Of a DNA stretch of 64,000 nucleotides, positions 10,334 through 21,426 are shown one piece after another. The notes beneath the pieces were generated by a model. That model had not been told where the DNA came from, did no database searches, and worked only from the letters and a program-made list of their open reading frames with translations. A program made the position numbers and the translations under genes. Positions within the stretch are counted from its first letter, which is position 1. Each line of letters opens with the position of its first letter. The DNA lies in assembly GCA_963664115.2 (NCBI GenBank), contig CAXWPJ010000010.1:160001-224000 (forward strand), written 5' to 3'. Source of the stretch: Terriglobia bacterium. Its GTDB lineage: Bacteria; Acidobacteriota; Terriglobia; 20CM-2-55-15.

Positions 10334-11527
10334 TTGAACTCAAGGACCAAGTACGCCATTCTCCTGGTTTCCTCTGTCATCGTCGTCTACGCGCTTATCG
10401 GTGGCATGATGGGGCGCGTCAGTGCCCAGGACGGCGCCTATCCTCAACTTTCCATATTCATGGAAGTGATCAACAGAATCCAGAACGACTATGTGGATGC
10501 CCCGAGCCTGTCGGACGCAATGGACGGAGCAATCCGGGGAATGGTCGAACGTGTCGATCCTCACGGTGGATATCTGTCCCCGGAAGGCGCGGATTTTTAT
10601 AGGAATTACGATCCCTTCACATCGGCGGGAATCGGTGTACGCCTCTCCAAGAAGTTCGACTATCCCATCATCGTGGCAGCGGTGCCGGGCGGCCCTGCCG
10701 ACCGCGCGGGCCTCGGATCCGGCGATACCATCGAGGGGATTGCCGGCGAATCTTTGCGGGAACACAATTTGATAGAAGTCCAGCAGTTGCTGACCGGGGA
10801 AGCGGGAACGATGGTCGATTTGACCGTTATCCGCCGCAGCCGGCCGGAGCCATCGGACCTCCGCCTGACTCGTGAAGTTGTGGCCCCGCCTCCGGTTCAA
10901 GCACGCATGCTGGACGGGAACATTGGTTATCTGAAAATAGCTCTGCTGGCGTCGGGAAAAGCGGCCGAAGCGCGCAACGAGATTGAACGGCTCTCCTCGG
11001 AAGGCGCGGAGCACTTTGTGCTGGATCTGCGAAACTCCGCCGGTGGAATCAGGGAGGAAGCTCTCGAGTTGGCTGACCTGTTCGTCGATTCGGGAAGCCT
11101 CGGTTACGTCGAAGGTCAGACCACCGAACGGGAGACCTTCTCCGCCGACGCGGCACGAACCGTATCCAGCCTCCCTCTGGTGGTCCTGATTAACGGAGGC
11201 ACGGCTGAAGCCGCCGAGATCGCGGCAGCCGCCATCCGCGACAACGGACGCGGTGAACTCGTCGGCGTCCGAAGCTTCGGCCTGGGCTCCGTTCAGGAAC
11301 TACTGCCGTTGGATGACGGTTTTGCTTTGCTGCTATCGGTGGCCAAGTATTACAGCCCTTCGGGCTCTGAGATACAGCAAACGGGTGTCCTTCCCACCGT
11401 CGAGGTGACGGCCGCGGCCGCCGTCGACCCGCTGACGCTTCCGGACGAGCCGGCCCAGGCCACGGATAGACAGCTCGACCGGGCTGTCGAGATTCTTCTC
11501 GGAGAGGCCGGAGAAGAAGCGGCGTAA
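10334..11527 (+). CDS. S41 family carboxy-terminal processing protease (PDZ)
   Basis: DPHGGYL, GIGV, LDLRNSAGG, LINGGTAEAAEI, SFGLGSVQ, KYYSPSG motifs. Confidence 0.88.
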   Translation: MNSRTKYAILLVSSVIVVYALIGGMMGRVSAQDGAYPQLSIFMEVINRIQNDYVDAPSLSDAMDGAIRGMVERVDPHGGYLSPEGADFYRNYDPFTSAGIGVRLSKKFDYPIIVAAVPGGPADRAGLGSGDTIEGIAGESLREHNLIEVQQLLTGEAGTMVDLTVIRRSRPEPSDLRLTREVVAPPPVQARMLDGNIGYLKIALLASGKAAEARNEIERLSSEGAEHFVLDLRNSAGGIREEALELADLFVDSGSLGYVEGQTTERETFSADAARTVSSLPLVVLINGGTAEAAEIAAAAIRDNGRGELVGVRSFGLGSVQELLPLDDGFALLLSVAKYYSPSGSEIQQTGVLPTVEVTAAAAVDPLTLPDEPAQATDRQLDRAVEILLGEAGEEAA

Positions 11528-11533
11528 AAAGCT

Positions 11534-13417
11534 TTGTTGGCCCGCTTTCACGACGTTTCCAAGTCGTATGGTTCCTTTGACGTTCTCCGGAGCGTCTCTT
11601 TCGAAATTCATCCCGGAAACAAAGTCGGACTGATCGGTGCCAACGGCTCCGGCAAGACCACTCTGCTCGGCCTCATCCAAACTCCCGACAACACAGACAG
11701 CGGCACCGTCACTACCGGCTCGGGCGTTCGAATTGGCCGCCTGGATCAGCTTCCCGACTTCGGCACCGCAACGGTTCTGGATGAGGCCTTGTCTTCTTTT
11801 GCGGATCTTCAGAAGGGAGAACGGCAACTTCGGGAAATGGAAGCAGCGATGGCCGCAGATAGCGATCCGGATCTACTGTCCCGCTATTCCAAAATCCAGG
11901 AGGACTTCGAATTCCGTGGTGGCTACAGTTATCGAGCACGAACCGAGGGGGCACTCTTCGGTGTAGGTTTCACGCGGAATCAGTTCGATCAACCCGCGAA
12001 CCTGCTTTCGGGCGGCGAGCAAAACCGGCTTGCCCTGGCGCGATTGCTCCTGGGGGAGACCGATCTTCTCCTGCTGGACGAACCGACCAACCACCTGGAC
12101 ATCCGATCTATAGAGTGGCTGGAACGCTATCTCAGGGAAACCGATAAATCGCTGTTGATCGTGTCACACGACCGATTCTTCCTGGATCGCATCGTCGGCC
12201 GGGTCCTCGAACTCGACAACGGCCAGCTCTATAGCTACACGGGCAACTATTCCGCATACGTCAGACAGCGCAATCTTCGACTCGAGCTCCAGGAAAAGGA
12301 GTGGAAGCGGCAACAGGAGTGGATCAAGAAGACTCAGGATTACATCCAGCGCAACATCGCGGGTCAGAAGACCAAGCAGGCGCAGTCACGCCGGAGGGCA
12401 CTCGCCCGGATTCAAACCGTCACAAAACCTCCGTCTCCTGGAAACAGAGTTCGTTTTCGCTTCATGTCCTCGACAAAAACCGGACGTTACCTCTTGCGCA
12501 CACGCGCACTGGGAATCGGATACCCAACAAGAGGGGTCATTGAGAACGTGACTATCGATGTCGAAAAAGGTCAGCGGTGGGCGCTGGTGGGGCCGAACGG
12601 TTCGGGCAAGACAACGTTATTGCGTTCCCTGATCGGCCGTCTCGCTCCGATTTCCGGGGAATTGAATTGGGACAATCGTCTGGAAGTAGGCTATTACGAT
12701 CAGCAACTTGAAGACCTCGACCCTGGTTCAAGCGTTCTGGATGAAATCCGCTCCCTGGATTCACAACCCAGCGACGGCGAACTTCGCGCATTCCTGGCTC
12801 AATTTCTGTTTCGCGGGGAGGATGTGTTCAAAGAGGTCGCCACCCTCAGTGGCGGCGAGCGATCTAAATTGGCCCTGGCCAAAATCATATATGCGTCTCC
12901 CCCCCTTCTTGCACTGGACGAACCAACGAACCACCTGGACATCGCTTCGTGCGAAGCCCTGGAACCGGCCTTAGGCACCTATCCGGGAACGATACTGTTC
13001 ATTACACACGACCGGCGGCTGGTCGAGCGCATCGCGACTCACATCCTCTACGTAGGCGACCAGCGCGTCCGTTTGTTCGACCGGTTTCAGGCTTTCGAAG
13101 AGTGGTTGGAAGAAGATGTGGCCGCATCCTCTTCAAAAACTGTGCAAAACCAAGGCCGGCCCAAAGACCGGAACCTCAAGAACCCGCCGACACCGCAGTT
13201 GAGCAAGAACCGGCGCGAACAACTGGAGAAAGAAGTACAGCGCCTGGAAACGAAAATCGGGGAGAGCGAGAGCGAAATCCACAAGATGGAATCGCTATTC
13301 CAGGATTCCCCGAAAGATCTCGAATGGGACAGCGCGAACCGGCGTTATGCGCAACTCAAAGTCCAGGTTGAAGGGCTTTATCAAGAATTGGCGCACAAGG
13401 CGGCATTGCTGGATTAG
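11534..13417 (+). CDS. ABC-F family ATPase
   Basis: Two NBDs (GANGSGKT/LSGGE/LLLDEPTNHLD; GPNGSGKT/LSGGE/LDEPTNHLD), no TM segments, C-terminal coiled coil. Confidence 0.93.
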   Translation: MLARFHDVSKSYGSFDVLRSVSFEIHPGNKVGLIGANGSGKTTLLGLIQTPDNTDSGTVTTGSGVRIGRLDQLPDFGTATVLDEALSSFADLQKGERQLREMEAAMAADSDPDLLSRYSKIQEDFEFRGGYSYRARTEGALFGVGFTRNQFDQPANLLSGGEQNRLALARLLLGETDLLLLDEPTNHLDIRSIEWLERYLRETDKSLLIVSHDRFFLDRIVGRVLELDNGQLYSYTGNYSAYVRQRNLRLELQEKEWKRQQEWIKKTQDYIQRNIAGQKTKQAQSRRRALARIQTVTKPPSPGNRVRFRFMSSTKTGRYLLRTRALGIGYPTRGVIENVTIDVEKGQRWALVGPNGSGKTTLLRSLIGRLAPISGELNWDNRLEVGYYDQQLEDLDPGSSVLDEIRSLDSQPSDGELRAFLAQFLFRGEDVFKEVATLSGGERSKLALAKIIYASPPLLALDEPTNHLDIASCEALEPALGTYPGTILFITHDRRLVERIATHILYVGDQRVRLFDRFQAFEEWLEEDVAASSSKTVQNQGRPKDRNLKNPPTPQLSKNRREQLEKEVQRLETKIGESESEIHKMESLFQDSPKDLEWDSANRRYAQLKVQVEGLYQELAHKAALLD

Positions 13418-13481
13418 CCGCGGCGCTGCTGGATTAGCCGCGGCGCTATTAGACTAGCCGCGGCGCTATTGGACCAGCCGC
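13411..13481. repeat. 20-bp tandem repeat, about 3.5 copies
   Basis: GGATTAGCCGCGGCGCTGCT / GGATTAGCCGCGGCGCTATT / AGACTAGCCGCGGCGCTATT / GGACCAGCCGC. Confidence 0.9.
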
Positions 13482-13600
13482 TAATGTAGCTTTCGACTTG
13501 CGCGACAGGAAACTGCTGATCCGCGATGACAGCCTTCACGAGATCACCTATCGAAGCAAATCCAACAACGCGACCCGCGTCGGCTCCCACCAGTTGCAGG
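13476..13600 (-). pseudogene. CBS-domain protein C-terminal remnant
   Basis: GRVVGFASIGDLVKAVIADQQFPVAQVESYISG resembles the end of stand-alone CBS-pair proteins; no N-terminal half. Confidence 0.6.
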
Positions 13601-13779
13601 GACCTGGGCGGAGTACTCAAGCTGGATTCGTGATATCAGCCGCACCGTTTCGCCACAATCTGAAGCCGCAACACTCTGCCCTCGAGCGACGCCCTCTTTG
13701 ATCGATCCTGAGATTATGGGCTAGAATGTAGAGTTCCAAACCCACTCTGATTACTGTCCGAGGAACGTTTGACACCGGC

Positions 13780-16563
13780 ATGTCGATTAAATCCATTCGT
13801 ATCCGCGGAGCCCGGCAACATAACCTGAAGAACGTCAACGTGGAGATCCCACGCAACGCTTTGACGGTGGTCACGGGTTTAAGCGGTTCGGGAAAGTCGA
13901 GCCTGGCGTTCGATACGGTCTACGCGGAAGGCCAGAGACGCTACGTAGAATCGCTATCGGCTTACGCACGTCAATTTCTGGACCGATTGGAACCGCCTGA
14001 TGTCGACTCGATCGAGGGACTGTCGCCAGCCATCTCCATCGAACAGAAGGGTTCCTCACGCAGCCCCCGCTCCACTGTCGGAACGGTTACTGAAATTTAC
14101 GATTACCTCCGGCTTCTGTTCGCCTCGATCGGCACACCGCATTGTCCGGAGTGCGGCAAGGCGATCTCCCGGCAAAGCCCCGACCAGATCGTACGCAGTC
14201 TCAAGGACCTGCCTGAAGGTGAACGCGTTATGGTGCTGGCTCCCATCGTCCGCGGCCGAAAAGGCGAGTTCAAGGTTCAGTTGGCATCCATGGCAAAGGC
14301 GGGCTACGTCCGTGCTCGAATCGACGGCACGCTGCACAACCTGGATGAACCGATCGAACTGAACCGCCGGAAGAACCACACGATCGAAATCGTCGTCGAT
14401 CGCCTCATGATCAAGGCAGGAATCGAAAAACGACTCCAGACTTCAATCGAACGGGCCATCAAGCTCGCAGGCGGCATCGTCCAGATTGCGATCGTGGGGG
14501 GAGACGAGCAACTCTATTCGGAATCCATGGCGTGCGTGGATTGTGGCGTCAACATGCCCGCGATCGAACCCCGGACCTTCTCGTTCAACAGCGTTTACGG
14601 CGCATGCCCGAAGTGCAATGGGCTGGGCGTCCGTTTCGACTTCGATCCCGGACGCATACTGCCGGATTCCTCCCAATCGATTCTGAATGGAGGGCTTAGC
14701 TTGAACGGTTGGTTCGAGGACGAAATTGAAACGACGCTGAAGAAAATCGCCAAATCCTTCCGCACCGATCTCGACGTCCCCTTTGACAATCTGCCTGCCA
14801 AAGTACGGCAGGCAGTCTTCCACGGTGTTCACGGTCGCGGCAAGAAACTCGAAGGAGTGATCGACGTACTCAACCGCCTCTATGACGACGACGTAGAGCT
14901 CAGCGAGTATATGGCGACCAACCCATGTAGCGATTGTTCGGGATCCCGGCTCAGAGCGGAAAGCCTGGCAGTGACCGTCGGCGGTGAAACGATTGCTGCG
15001 ATTACGGCTCTACCGATCGCCGAAACGCTGGGTTTCTTCAAAGGTCTGAAACTCGGTCCCCGGGAAACACTGATTGCAGGACGCATCATTCGGGAAATTC
15101 TGGAGCGATTGGAGTTTTTGACTGGCGTCGGCCTGGATTATCTCAGCCTCGAACGGTCCGCTAATACGCTTTCCGGGGGCGAGAGCCAGCGAATACGCCT
15201 CGCAACCCAGATTGGTTCCAGACTCCGCGGAGTGCTCTATGTGTTGGACGAACCCTCCATCGGGCTTCACCACCGTGACAACGATCGCCTGCTGGGAACA
15301 TTGGAACGGCTCCGTGACCTGGGCAACACGGTGATCGTCGTGGAACACGATGAAGACACCATACGACGCGCAGACTACGTTGTGGATCTGGGACCTGGCG
15401 CGGGAACACATGGGGGTGAAATCGTTACGGTCGGGACTCCCGATGAAGTCGCCAACTCTCCTGACAGTCACACGGGTCAGTACCTGTCACATCGCAAGAC
15501 GATTCCACTTCCCGAAACCCGGCGCAAGGCTTCACGAAAAGTCTTGAAGGTCCGCGGTGGCGCTGAGCACAACCTCAAGCACATCGACGTATCCTTTCCC
15601 ATCGGCCTGATGACCGTTGTCACCGGAGTGTCGGGCTCAGGCAAATCGACCCTGGTGAACAATATTCTCTACCGGGCTCTGGCTCGCAAGCTGTACCGGG
15701 CTCTGGACGAACCCGGCGCCCATCGTGACATCCACGGCATCAATCACATCGATAAAGTCGTCGAAATTGATCAATCGCCTATCGGACGGACTCCGCGATC
15801 CAATCCGGCAACCTATACGGGCATGTTCACGCCAATCCGGGACCTGTACTCCATGATGCCCGAATCGCGAGCTCGCGGTTACAAGGCGGGCCGCTTCAGT
15901 TTCAACGTCAAAGGGGGACGCTGTGAGGCCTGCCGAGGCGACGGTCTGCGCAAGATCGAAATGAGCTTTCTACCCAACGTTTATGTTCCATGCGACGTGT
16001 GCCGGGGAAAACGTTACAACTCCGAAACCCTGGCTATTCGATATCGCGGCATGTCGATTGCCGATCTCTTGAGTGCGACGGTCGAACAAGCGTTGGGCGT
16101 TCTCGAAAACATCCCTCAGGTACGGGCGAAGCTTCAGACGCTCGTCGATGTGGGTCTCGGCTACATCCATTTGGGGCAATCAGCAACGACGCTTTCCGGA
16201 GGCGAAGCCCAACGGATCAAGCTGGCGAAAGAACTCAGCCGCCGCGCGACCGGAAAGACCCTCTACATTCTGGACGAACCTACGACAGGACTTCATTTCG
16301 ACGACGTCCGCAAACTTCTGGACGTGCTGAAGCGGTTGACAGAGTTCGGAAACACGGTGATCATAATCGAGCATCACCTCGATGTAATCAAGACCGCAGA
16401 TTGGATCATAGACCTGGGACCGGAAGGCGGAGAACGAGGAGGTCGCGTCGTGGCAGAGGGAACTCCGGAACAGGTGGCGAACTCTAAAGACTCCTACACG
16501 GGCGAAGCTCTTGCCGCACTTCTTTCGAACTCGCGCCCCAGCTCCCGCAGGAAAAAACGGTGA
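13780..16563 (+). CDS. uvrA: Excinuclease ABC subunit A
   Basis: [25 protein letters not shown], Zn fingers, [17 protein letters not shown], second NBD. Confidence 0.98.
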   Translation: MSIKSIRIRGARQHNLKNVNVEIPRNALTVVTGLSGSGKSSLAFDTVYAEGQRRYVESLSAYARQFLDRLEPPDVDSIEGLSPAISIEQKGSSRSPRSTVGTVTEIYDYLRLLFASIGTPHCPECGKAISRQSPDQIVRSLKDLPEGERVMVLAPIVRGRKGEFKVQLASMAKAGYVRARIDGTLHNLDEPIELNRRKNHTIEIVVDRLMIKAGIEKRLQTSIERAIKLAGGIVQIAIVGGDEQLYSESMACVDCGVNMPAIEPRTFSFNSVYGACPKCNGLGVRFDFDPGRILPDSSQSILNGGLSLNGWFEDEIETTLKKIAKSFRTDLDVPFDNLPAKVRQAVFHGVHGRGKKLEGVIDVLNRLYDDDVELSEYMATNPCSDCSGSRLRAESLAVTVGGETIAAITALPIAETLGFFKGLKLGPRETLIAGRIIREILERLEFLTGVGLDYLSLERSANTLSGGESQRIRLATQIGSRLRGVLYVLDEPSIGLHHRDNDRLLGTLERLRDLGNTVIVVEHDEDTIRRADYVVDLGPGAGTHGGEIVTVGTPDEVANSPDSHTGQYLSHRKTIPLPETRRKASRKVLKVRGGAEHNLKHIDVSFPIGLMTVVTGVSGSGKSTLVNNILYRALARKLYRALDEPGAHRDIHGINHIDKVVEIDQSPIGRTPRSNPATYTGMFTPIRDLYSMMPESRARGYKAGRFSFNVKGGRCEACRGDGLRKIEMSFLPNVYVPCDVCRGKRYNSETLAIRYRGMSIADLLSATVEQALGVLENIPQVRAKLQTLVDVGLGYIHLGQSATTLSGGEAQRIKLAKELSRRATGKTLYILDEPTTGLHFDDVRKLLDVLKRLTEFGNTVIIIEHHLDVIKTADWIIDLGPEGGERGGRVVAEGTPEQVANSKDSYTGEALAALLSNSRPSSRRKKR

Positions 16564-17153
16564 AAGACGCCCGAGAGGCTCTCCTTCGGTTCGTCGCTGA
16601 CAGCCATGACGTCGGGTCGCGGTTCTTTAACGATTATGGGACGCAAATCGTAGAAACCGCCGACCACATCGCGGCCCGATTGCGCGACGGCGGTAAGGTC
16701 CTTTTGTTCGGTAACGGTGGCAGCGCTGCGGACGCGCAGCACCTGGCAGCCGAGTTCGTCGGTCGATTCATTCCTGACCGGGCGGCACTGCCCGCGATTT
16801 CCCTTGCAACCGACACCTCGATACTCACTGCGATCGGCAATGATTATGGCTACGACTGCGTCTTTGCACGCCAGATCGAAGCACTCGCGAATGACGGTGA
16901 CGTCGTAATCGCGATCTCCACAAGCGGCAATTCACCCAATGTGCTGCGGGGCCTCAACGCAGCACGGGAGCGTGGGCTCTACACGCTCGGTTTCACGGGT
17001 GAATCCGGCGGGAAGATGCTCGACTGTGTAGACGTCCTGTTCCGCGTGCCTTCCAACGTCACTCCCCGGATTCAGGAAACCCACATTCTTCTCGGCCACG
17101 TTTTGTGCGAACTGGTAGACCGGGACCTCTTTCCCGAGGCCTACGATGACTGA
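16560..17153 (+). CDS. gmhA: D-sedoheptulose 7-phosphate isomerase
   Basis: [35 protein letters not shown] motifs. Confidence 0.94.
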   Translation: MKDAREALLRFVADSHDVGSRFFNDYGTQIVETADHIAARLRDGGKVLLFGNGGSAADAQHLAAEFVGRFIPDRAALPAISLATDTSILTAIGNDYGYDCVFARQIEALANDGDVVIAISTSGNSPNVLRGLNAARERGLYTLGFTGESGGKMLDCVDVLFRVPSNVTPRIQETHILLGHVLCELVDRDLFPEAYDD

Positions 17154-18120
17154 GTCCCGATATTCGCTTCGCCCTCTGACATTCGACGATATCTCGACCT
17201 ATCCCCTGGGTGACCGCAAGAGCAAGGTCAACACGGCACTCTTTGGTGAACCCGCCGAGCGAAACGATACCGTTGGAGCATTCGTCGAAAAGCTTCCTAA
17301 GATCCTTGCCGCTAGCGACCTACGGCGGCTCATCAAAGCACTATCTGACGCACGCGCAGGGGGAAAGAGCCTGATCTGGGGCATGGGCGGACATGTCGTC
17401 AAGTGCGGCTTGGGTCCGATATTGATCGACATGATGCGGGAGGGATTCGTGACCGGGATTGCTATGAATGGCGCCGCGGTGATTCACGATTTCGAAGTGG
17501 CCCTGCTCGGGTCGACCTCTGAAGAAGTCGAAAACGAAATAGGAAGCGGCCGCTTCGGAATGGCCAGGGAAACTGGCGAGTATCTGAACACAGCGGTCAA
17601 CGACGGCGCCTCCGAGGGAATTGGTATCGGAGAAAGCGTCGGTCGCTACGTCTCAGCTATAGATCACGGCGTCCGGTTCGACCATTCTGACGCGAGCATC
17701 CTCGCCCAGGCCTACACGCTCGGAATACCAGTCACCGTACATCTGGCGATCGGGACCGATATCACTCACGTCCACCCCTCGGCCTCAGGCGAAAACATGG
17801 GCAGGGCGACCATGCACGATTTCAAACTGCTGTGCGCCATGGTGAAAACGCTTGCCGGGGGCGTCTACGTCAACCTCGGTTCCGCCGTGATTCTGCCGGA
17901 AGTGTTCCTTAAAGCCGTATCGGTCGTCCGAAATCTCGGCACTCCATTAAGCGATATAACGACAGCGAACCTGGACTTCATTCAGCACTACAGGCCGACG
18001 CAGAATGTGCTGAAACGGCCGACTCAGGATGGCGGCCAGTGGATAGCATTGACCGGCCACCATGAAATCATGCTTCCCTTGATCGCCGCGGCCTTGAAGC
18101 AATCGGCTCCGACACCATGA
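17146..18120 (+). CDS. Deoxyhypusine-synthase-like conserved protein
   Basis: GMGGHVVKCG, AMNGAAVIHDFE, HLAIGTDI, NLGSAVILPEVFLK, GHHEIMLP; DHS-like family recognised from motifs. Confidence 0.6.
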   Translation: MTESRYSLRPLTFDDISTYPLGDRKSKVNTALFGEPAERNDTVGAFVEKLPKILAASDLRRLIKALSDARAGGKSLIWGMGGHVVKCGLGPILIDMMREGFVTGIAMNGAAVIHDFEVALLGSTSEEVENEIGSGRFGMARETGEYLNTAVNDGASEGIGIGESVGRYVSAIDHGVRFDHSDASILAQAYTLGIPVTVHLAIGTDITHVHPSASGENMGRATMHDFKLLCAMVKTLAGGVYVNLGSAVILPEVFLKAVSVVRNLGTPLSDITTANLDFIQHYRPTQNVLKRPTQDGGQWIALTGHHEIMLPLIAAALKQSAPTP

Positions 18121-18869
18121 ACGACGAACCGCAGAGTTACGAACCGCGGACACAACGCCCCCTGAAGTTTGATGAAGAAAACGGTGGCAAGTGGCGAGGC
18201 CGGGACATGGTTTACTTCGGATTCGCTTTCATCGCGTTGAACACCTTCGCGCCGGGCCTCGTCAATCTACTTCCATTCCGGGGCGAGAGCGCCAACGCCT
18301 TTCGTGCTCTTGTCGGAACGATAATCGTCGAACTGACCTTAATCGGTCTCATATATGCGCTCGCCCGCTACGAACATGGGCTGTCGTTTCTGGAAGAAAT
18401 GCGCTGGTCGCATGACTACAAGGTCCGTAACGGCACGCTTTTGACGCTGGGGATGGGACTGGCGTTTTCAGTCATGATCGTATCTTCCGTATTCCCCCCA
18501 ACGAGCCCGCCGATCGAACAGCTCCTCAGCACTCGGGAAGCGATCGCAATTTTCGCGATATTCGGTATCGTGTTTGCGCCTTTCCTGGAAGAGTTGCTCT
18601 TTCGCGGTTTCCTATTTCGCGTCCTCGAACAAACCGCGGGAGTTTCCGTTGCGATCCGGGTGACCGCTGTGCTGTTTGCTCTGTTGCATGTACCGCAACT
18701 GTGGGGGAGCTGGGCCGGCATGCTCTTAATTTTTGCGGTTGGATTTATTCTCTCGACCCTGCGTGCCCGCACAGGGTCCTTGATTCCCACGGTCATCGTC
18801 CACACGGCTTATAACGCCATGCTGTTCCTTGCCTTCGCTGTAGGTTCGCTTGCTGAGGGATCTATTTGA
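18117..18869 (+). CDS. CPBP (CAAX/Abi) family intramembrane metalloprotease
   Basis: [24 protein letters not shown] motifs. Confidence 0.9.
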   Translation: MNDEPQSYEPRTQRPLKFDEENGGKWRGRDMVYFGFAFIALNTFAPGLVNLLPFRGESANAFRALVGTIIVELTLIGLIYALARYEHGLSFLEEMRWSHDYKVRNGTLLTLGMGLAFSVMIVSSVFPPTSPPIEQLLSTREAIAIFAIFGIVFAPFLEELLFRGFLFRVLEQTAGVSVAIRVTAVLFALLHVPQLWGSWAGMLLIFAVGFILSTLRARTGSLIPTVIVHTAYNAMLFLAFAVGSLAEGSI

Positions 18870-20002
18870 TGGACTCACCGTCCAATCACTCAGACAAACT
18901 CGCCCAACTGAGGGCACAACTGGGGGAACTGGACGTCGAGATCCTGGCACTCGTCGCCCGCCGACAGACCATAGTTACCGAGATCGGACACTCAAAGGGC
19001 TCGCTGGGAATACCGACACGCGATTATGGTCAGGAAAGAGACGTCATCCAGAGAGCGAGAGAGAAGGCCGAAACGATGGGTCTGACCCCCAACCTCGCCG
19101 AAGAGTTGATGCTCTTGCTGATTCGAGCGTCCCTTGCCGCTCAGGAACGGGACCGGGTTCAAGAATGGGGTGGCGGTAACGGACGAAAGGTGCTGCTCAT
19201 CGGCGGAGCGGGCAAAATGGGAATCTGGCTCGCACGCTTTCTCGCGTCACAGAACTTCGATGTCGAAATCGCGGATCCCACTGAAGCGGCAGGCGACTTC
19301 CCTCAAATTCCGAACTGGGAGGATTCGCCACTGGACCAGGACATCATCATTGTGGCTACCCCCCTCCGATTGTCCAATAAGATCCTCGAAGAACTCGCGA
19401 GACGAAAACCCAAAGGCATCGTGTTCGATATCGGATCGCTCAAAACACCGGTGCGGCCAGGACTCAACGCTCTCATCGACGCCGGCGTCGCTGTGACTTC
19501 CGTCCATCCGATGTTCGGGCCCAACACCGAAATGTTGTCAGGACGTCATGTGATCTTTGTCGATGTCGGTGCGCCGGAAGCGACGCGCCAGGCCCGCGAT
19601 CTGTTCGCATCGACGATGGTTGCCCAGGTCGAGATGGACCTGGAATCCCACGACAGGCTGATTGCCTACATACTGGGCCTCTCACACGCGCTCAACATCG
19701 CATTCTTCACAGCGCTGGCTGAGAGTGGAGAAGACGCGCCGCGACTGGCACAACTATCGAGTACGACCTTCGATGCACAACTGGAGGTGGCGCGCCTCGT
19801 CGCGGGCGACAACCCGCAGATGTATTACGAGATCCAGTCACTCAACGACTATGGAACTGAGGCCCTGTCGGCATTGCGCGATGCCGTCGAGCGGATTCAG
19901 TCTGTCGTCGGTGAGGGCGACCTCGAGGCATTCGTGTCGATGATGCAGCGTGGGAAGGACTATCTCGCCGGTGTCGGACAAACGCCCGATACGGGGACTT
20001 AA
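18866..20002 (+). CDS. tyrA: Bifunctional chorismate mutase/prephenate dehydrogenase
   Basis: N-terminal AroQ-like CM ([19 protein letters not shown]) plus [32 protein letters not shown]. Confidence 0.88.
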   Translation: MMDSPSNHSDKLAQLRAQLGELDVEILALVARRQTIVTEIGHSKGSLGIPTRDYGQERDVIQRAREKAETMGLTPNLAEELMLLLIRASLAAQERDRVQEWGGGNGRKVLLIGGAGKMGIWLARFLASQNFDVEIADPTEAAGDFPQIPNWEDSPLDQDIIIVATPLRLSNKILEELARRKPKGIVFDIGSLKTPVRPGLNALIDAGVAVTSVHPMFGPNTEMLSGRHVIFVDVGAPEATRQARDLFASTMVAQVEMDLESHDRLIAYILGLSHALNIAFFTALAESGEDAPRLAQLSSTTFDAQLEVARLVAGDNPQMYYEIQSLNDYGTEALSALRDAVERIQSVVGEGDLEAFVSMMQRGKDYLAGVGQTPDTGT

Positions 20003-20082
20003 ATACAGGAATTAGTCACTTATTGCGCAACCAGTGTTCGAGACTAAACAGTTTCGTCCGGCTCCCATCATGTTATTCCACT

Positions 20083-20309
20083 GACGCCTCGGCTATTGCC
20101 TCGTTGTCCACCCGCGTCGCCGAGCCGACGCGGGTCATTCTAAGACCTGCTTCAACATTCCCGCGATCCCTATAGGCCTCGCCATCAGGATGATGGCGAG
20201 GGTCGCCGGTGCAGAAGGGGGACGGACACTTCAGTCGAAATGCACTCACCAGGCTTCAATGTCGCATGAAGTGTCCGTCCCCCTTCCGGATCAACGACCG
20301 AGCGAAATC
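20083..20309. repeat. Structured intergenic element, copy 2, containing a perfect 20-bp inverted repeat (20214-20233/20267-20286)
   Basis: Reverse complement aligns to 6094-6288; GAAGGGGGACGGACACTTCA ... TGAAGTGTCCGTCCCCCTTC. Confidence 0.8.
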
Positions 20310-20322
20310 CCCCTCGGCGCCC

Positions 20323-21393
20323 CTAGTGGCCTGTAACCATTGAATCGGGAGTAATTCTTCGAGTGGGATCAAAGTACTTCCACTTCACGGGTTTGGGCTT
20401 CTTGTTGTACTGACGGATGTAGCGCATGAGTTTTCGTTTGAGGTCGGCTACGGAAGTAAATACACCGCGGGCGATCACATCGCGTTCGATCTTGGCAAAC
20501 CACAGTTCGACTTGATTCAGCCAGGAAGAATACGTTGGGGTGAAGTGCAGATGAACGTTGGTGTTCGCGGCCAAGAATGCATCAACGCTCTTGGTCTTGT
20601 GGGCCGAGAGGTTATCGGCAATCACGTGAATCTCTTTCCCTTTGGATTGGTTCGCCACGATGTCGGTGAGAAAGGCGACGAACTCTGCCGAGGTGTGACG
20701 TTGAGCGGTTTTGCCCAACACCTCTCCGGTTCGGGTATTGAAGGCTGCGTAGAGCGACAGCGTCCCATGACGAAAGTACTCAAAGCCGTGCCGTTCGGCA
20801 CGCCCCGGCGACAACGGGAGGACCGGATCCTTGCGGTCCAGCGCTTGGATCGCAGTCTTTTCATCCACGCTGAATACCGCAGCATGCTGCGGCGGATTCA
20901 AATACAGCCCGATCACATCCGCGGCCTTGGCCTCGAAGTCCGGATCGTTCGACATCAGATAGCCTTCGAGTCGGTGCGGCTTGATGCCGTGCTTGGCCCA
21001 GATGCGAGCAACCGTCATGTGCGAAATGCCGCCCAACTCGGCTGCCAATTTACGCGAGGACCAATGAGTCGATCCGTCGGCGGGTTTGTGTTTCGTAGTT
21101 CTCGCCAGCACGCGCGCCTCAATCCGATCCGTCACCTTGTAGCGCTCGCGCCCGGCGTGGCGCGCAAACAACCCCGCAAGCCGATCCGAAGTAAATCGCT
21201 TGCTCCACCGCGCAATATAGCTGTCGCTGCAGTCGAGTTTCGCTCGAATCTCGGCCCAAGTGAATCCATCGGCCAGCAACAGAATCAAACGCGCATGTCG
21301 TGCCGAGTCAGCACGACCGTTTCTTGTACCCGATTGCCGGTGAAGTTCCATACGCTCGCTTCTAGTCAGTTTCATCATGCCCTCGTCAGACAT
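20323..21393 (-). CDS. IS630-family transposase
   Basis: VDEKTAIQALDR, YFRHGTLSLYAA, IADNLSAHK, FTPTYSSWLNQVELWF. Confidence 0.93.
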   Translation of the reverse strand: MSDEGMMKLTRSERMELHRQSGTRNGRADSARHARLILLLADGFTWAEIRAKLDCSDSYIARWSKRFTSDRLAGLFARHAGRERYKVTDRIEARVLARTTKHKPADGSTHWSSRKLAAELGGISHMTVARIWAKHGIKPHRLEGYLMSNDPDFEAKAADVIGLYLNPPQHAAVFSVDEKTAIQALDRKDPVLPLSPGRAERHGFEYFRHGTLSLYAAFNTRTGEVLGKTAQRHTSAEFVAFLTDIVANQSKGKEIHVIADNLSAHKTKSVDAFLAANTNVHLHFTPTYSSWLNQVELWFAKIERDVIARGVFTSVADLKRKLMRYIRQYNKKPKPVKWKYFDPTRRITPDSMVTGH

Positions 21394-21426
21394 GATACTA
21401 CCGATTCATATGTTACAGTACACTAG
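20323..21426 (-). mobile_element. IS630-family insertion sequence at CTAG
   Basis: IRs TAGTGGCCTGTAACCATTGAATCGGGAGTA / TAGTGTACTGTAACATATGAATCGGTAGTA; CTAG at both ends (20323, 21423). Confidence 0.9.
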
